DNA from: Parcubacteria group bacterium LiPW_41
Lineage (GTDB): Bacteria; Patescibacteriota; Minisyncoccia; UBA6257; GWB1-50-10
Assembly (NCBI GenBank): GCA_007375535.1
Contig: VMEM01000005.1
Span: 7,469-71,468 of the forward strand
Length of the DNA: 64,000 nt
Reading direction: 5' to 3'
The translations under genes were made by a program, and so were the position numbers. Of the stretch, positions 62,673-64,000 are shown one piece after another. The notes under the pieces were generated by a model. The model ran no database searches, was not told the origin of the DNA, and was given only the letters and a program-made list of their open reading frames with translations. Numbering within the stretch: position 1 is the stretch's first letter; every line of letters begins with the position of its first letter.

Positions 62673-63653
62673 TTTCATCTCCAACATTGGGAGGACCCAT
62701 TCGAATCCTGCTTTTATATCAATTCGATTGCATTCTTTAATCAGAAACATGACAAATGAATACATTTCGTGCAAACACATAGCACGTTCAATGTAAAACT
62801 TTCTTGATTCGAAATCTTCATCGTCATTTTCCAACACAGAAAGAACAAATATTGAAAGACATGAGTTATCATTTGGATCAAGTCCATCAATAGAAACTAT
62901 GTGTCTTCGTCCCAAAATAGCACCTGCATATATTTGATCACGCTCAGCAGAAGTGATTGCGTGGGGATTTGAAAGAAGCCAACATGCGTTCCCGTGAGCG
63001 TTCATAGCAAGTTCATCAATTACATCAGTTCTTAGCAATCCAATGTGTGTCTGAGAAATACACTGTCCAAACTCTCTTTCATACACTTTAATGACAAAGC
63101 CAGTATGCCTTTGTTTCTGGATGTGTTTCATCTTTTTTATGTCAGCAAAAAGATTCGCCATTAGCTCAGGAAGAAAACTCACTGCCATCATACTCTTGCG
63201 GTATTCGGCAAGTGCTTTTGCTTCTTTTTGACAATGCATGCGTTGCACCATCTTTGGGCGCATCACGTAATCTCTATCAGTATTTTCAATACATGCGAGG
63301 AGGAGAATCGCCACCGCAGAATTTTCCATTGGATCAAGCCCATATACAGAAACAATGTGCTCACGACCAATAGCCACGCCAGCAATTATATCGCTACCTC
63401 CAGAATTCTTTCTTTTCCATCCGCGCTTGAGATTTCTAATCGCGGCAGCACGATTGATTGATTCATCGCTAAAATCACATTTACCAAAAACTGCGTTTAT
63501 CACTGGAACATCTGACTTCCCATATACTGCAACATGCAATCCTTTTTTGGGAAACAGTTTGATGTGAGGTGCTTGAAGAATTATCTCAACTTCTTCGGAA
63601 ATGTCGTAAAAAACATCTCGGTAATCCAATTTTCTGCCCATCTGACTCTCCAA
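62667..63653 (-). CDS. Hypothetical protein composed of two tandem homologous halves (internal duplication).
   Basis: IAGVAIGREHIVSVYGLDPMENSAVAILLLACIENTDRDY aligns with YAGAILGRRHIVSIDGLDPNDNSCLSIFVLSVLENDDEDF. Confidence 0.5.
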   Translation of the reverse strand: MESQMGRKLDYRDVFYDISEEVEIILQAPHIKLFPKKGLHVAVYGKSDVPVINAVFGKCDFSDESINRAAAIRNLKRGWKRKNSGGSDIIAGVAIGREHIVSVYGLDPMENSAVAILLLACIENTDRDYVMRPKMVQRMHCQKEAKALAEYRKSMMAVSFLPELMANLFADIKKMKHIQKQRHTGFVIKVYEREFGQCISQTHIGLLRTDVIDELAMNAHGNACWLLSNPHAITSAERDQIYAGAILGRRHIVSIDGLDPNDNSCLSIFVLSVLENDDEDFESRKFYIERAMCLHEMYSFVMFLIKECNRIDIKAGFEWVLPMLEMKT

Positions 63654-63710
63654 TTAAGTTATTAATGTTGTACATAAAATACCAATAAATCATCACAAAG
63701 TCAATCTCAT

Positions 63711-63735
63711 TTGATGGAGGTCGGACCTCCATCAA
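63711..63735. promoter_or_regulatory. 25-bp perfect palindrome TTGATGGAGGTC-G-GACCTCCATCAA in divergent intergenic region.
   Basis: Lies between the start of the minus-strand 62667..63653 gene and the TspO start. Confidence 0.4.
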
Positions 63736-63755
63736 TTGGGAAACTAATGTCTTAT

Positions 63756-64000
63756 AATAGATATATGGAAAACTATGTGTATTACAGCGAGCTACTAAAA
63801 CCATCATGGGCACCACCATCGTGGATCTTTGGGCCAGTATGGACAGTCTTGTATGTAATAATAATCATTTCATTCGGATTTGTATTATTTAAATACATAA
63901 AGAAGCAATACAAAACAGGGATTTTTCTTCCCTTTTTTCTCAACGCATTATTTAATGTTTTATTCACCCCAATTCAATTTGGATTGAAAAATAATTTTCT
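63756..64000 (+). CDS. TspO/MBR family (tryptophan-rich sensory protein), 3'-truncated by window end.
   Basis: LLKPSWAPPSWIFGPVWTVLY motif. Confidence 0.6.

Noticed and set aside
1-64000. CRISPR array, casposon or other regularly spaced repeat-spacer structure.
   Set aside because: Scanned intergenic regions for equal-length direct repeats with unique spacers. The only repeats are the irregular mosaic AT-rich modules and terminator stems. No constant period, no unique spacers, no cas genes.

Overview
AT-rich (~36% GC) bacterial chromosomal window with compact genes, many small proteins, SD-less or leaderless starts and stereotyped 'atccccgc-NNNN-gcggggat-Tn' terminators. This style points to a reduced-genome uncultivated lineage (Patescibacteria/CPR-like); that is inference only. 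Recognisable housekeeping genes include obg, lepA, hisS, a Dus-family tRNA-dihydrouridine synthase, an RsuA/RluB-type pseudouridine synthase, recQ, ftsEX, an RF2-like release factor, RNase HI, an NrnA-like DHH phosphoesterase, a sigma-70-family factor, two GT4 glycosyltransferases, a CDF transporter and a histidine kinase with a single-domain response regulator. RNA genes are rnpB, tRNA-Thr(CGU), tRNA-Gly(CCC), tRNA-His(GUG) and tRNA-Gln(CUG). I found no CRISPR array, integrase, transposase or reverse transcriptase.

The most striking content is a family of at least 9 paralogous small cytoplasmic proteins (about 120-170 aa). They share the core 'YFYD..(A)VLTxPLSxF..GC..GKKFxVxILDPxxxG..G.GxDxIP' and are scattered among housekeeping genes between about 9 and 20.4 kb, plus one copy at 19..411. 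They fall into two C-terminal subfamilies (...DVEPLF versus ...CDVTPIKKRRKR) and are arranged as tandem, overlapping and divergent pairs. Several copies and some unrelated neighbours are driven by a near-identical promoter/5'UTR cassette (TGgTATAAT...ATTTAACAA...AGGAGGCC).

Other notable points:
- Intergenic regions are a mosaic of four reused AT-rich repeat modules.
- Promoters are recurrently leaderless (-10 hexamer, 6 nt, start codon).
- An identical 31-nt element lies upstream of both obg and the RF2-like gene.
- The RF2 homolog lacks domain 1.
- Two tRNAs are each followed by a partial copy of their own 3' end.
- A GC-rich, multi-hairpin ~180-nt element follows tRNA-Thr.
- A palindromic operator-like site is shared by two unrelated loci.
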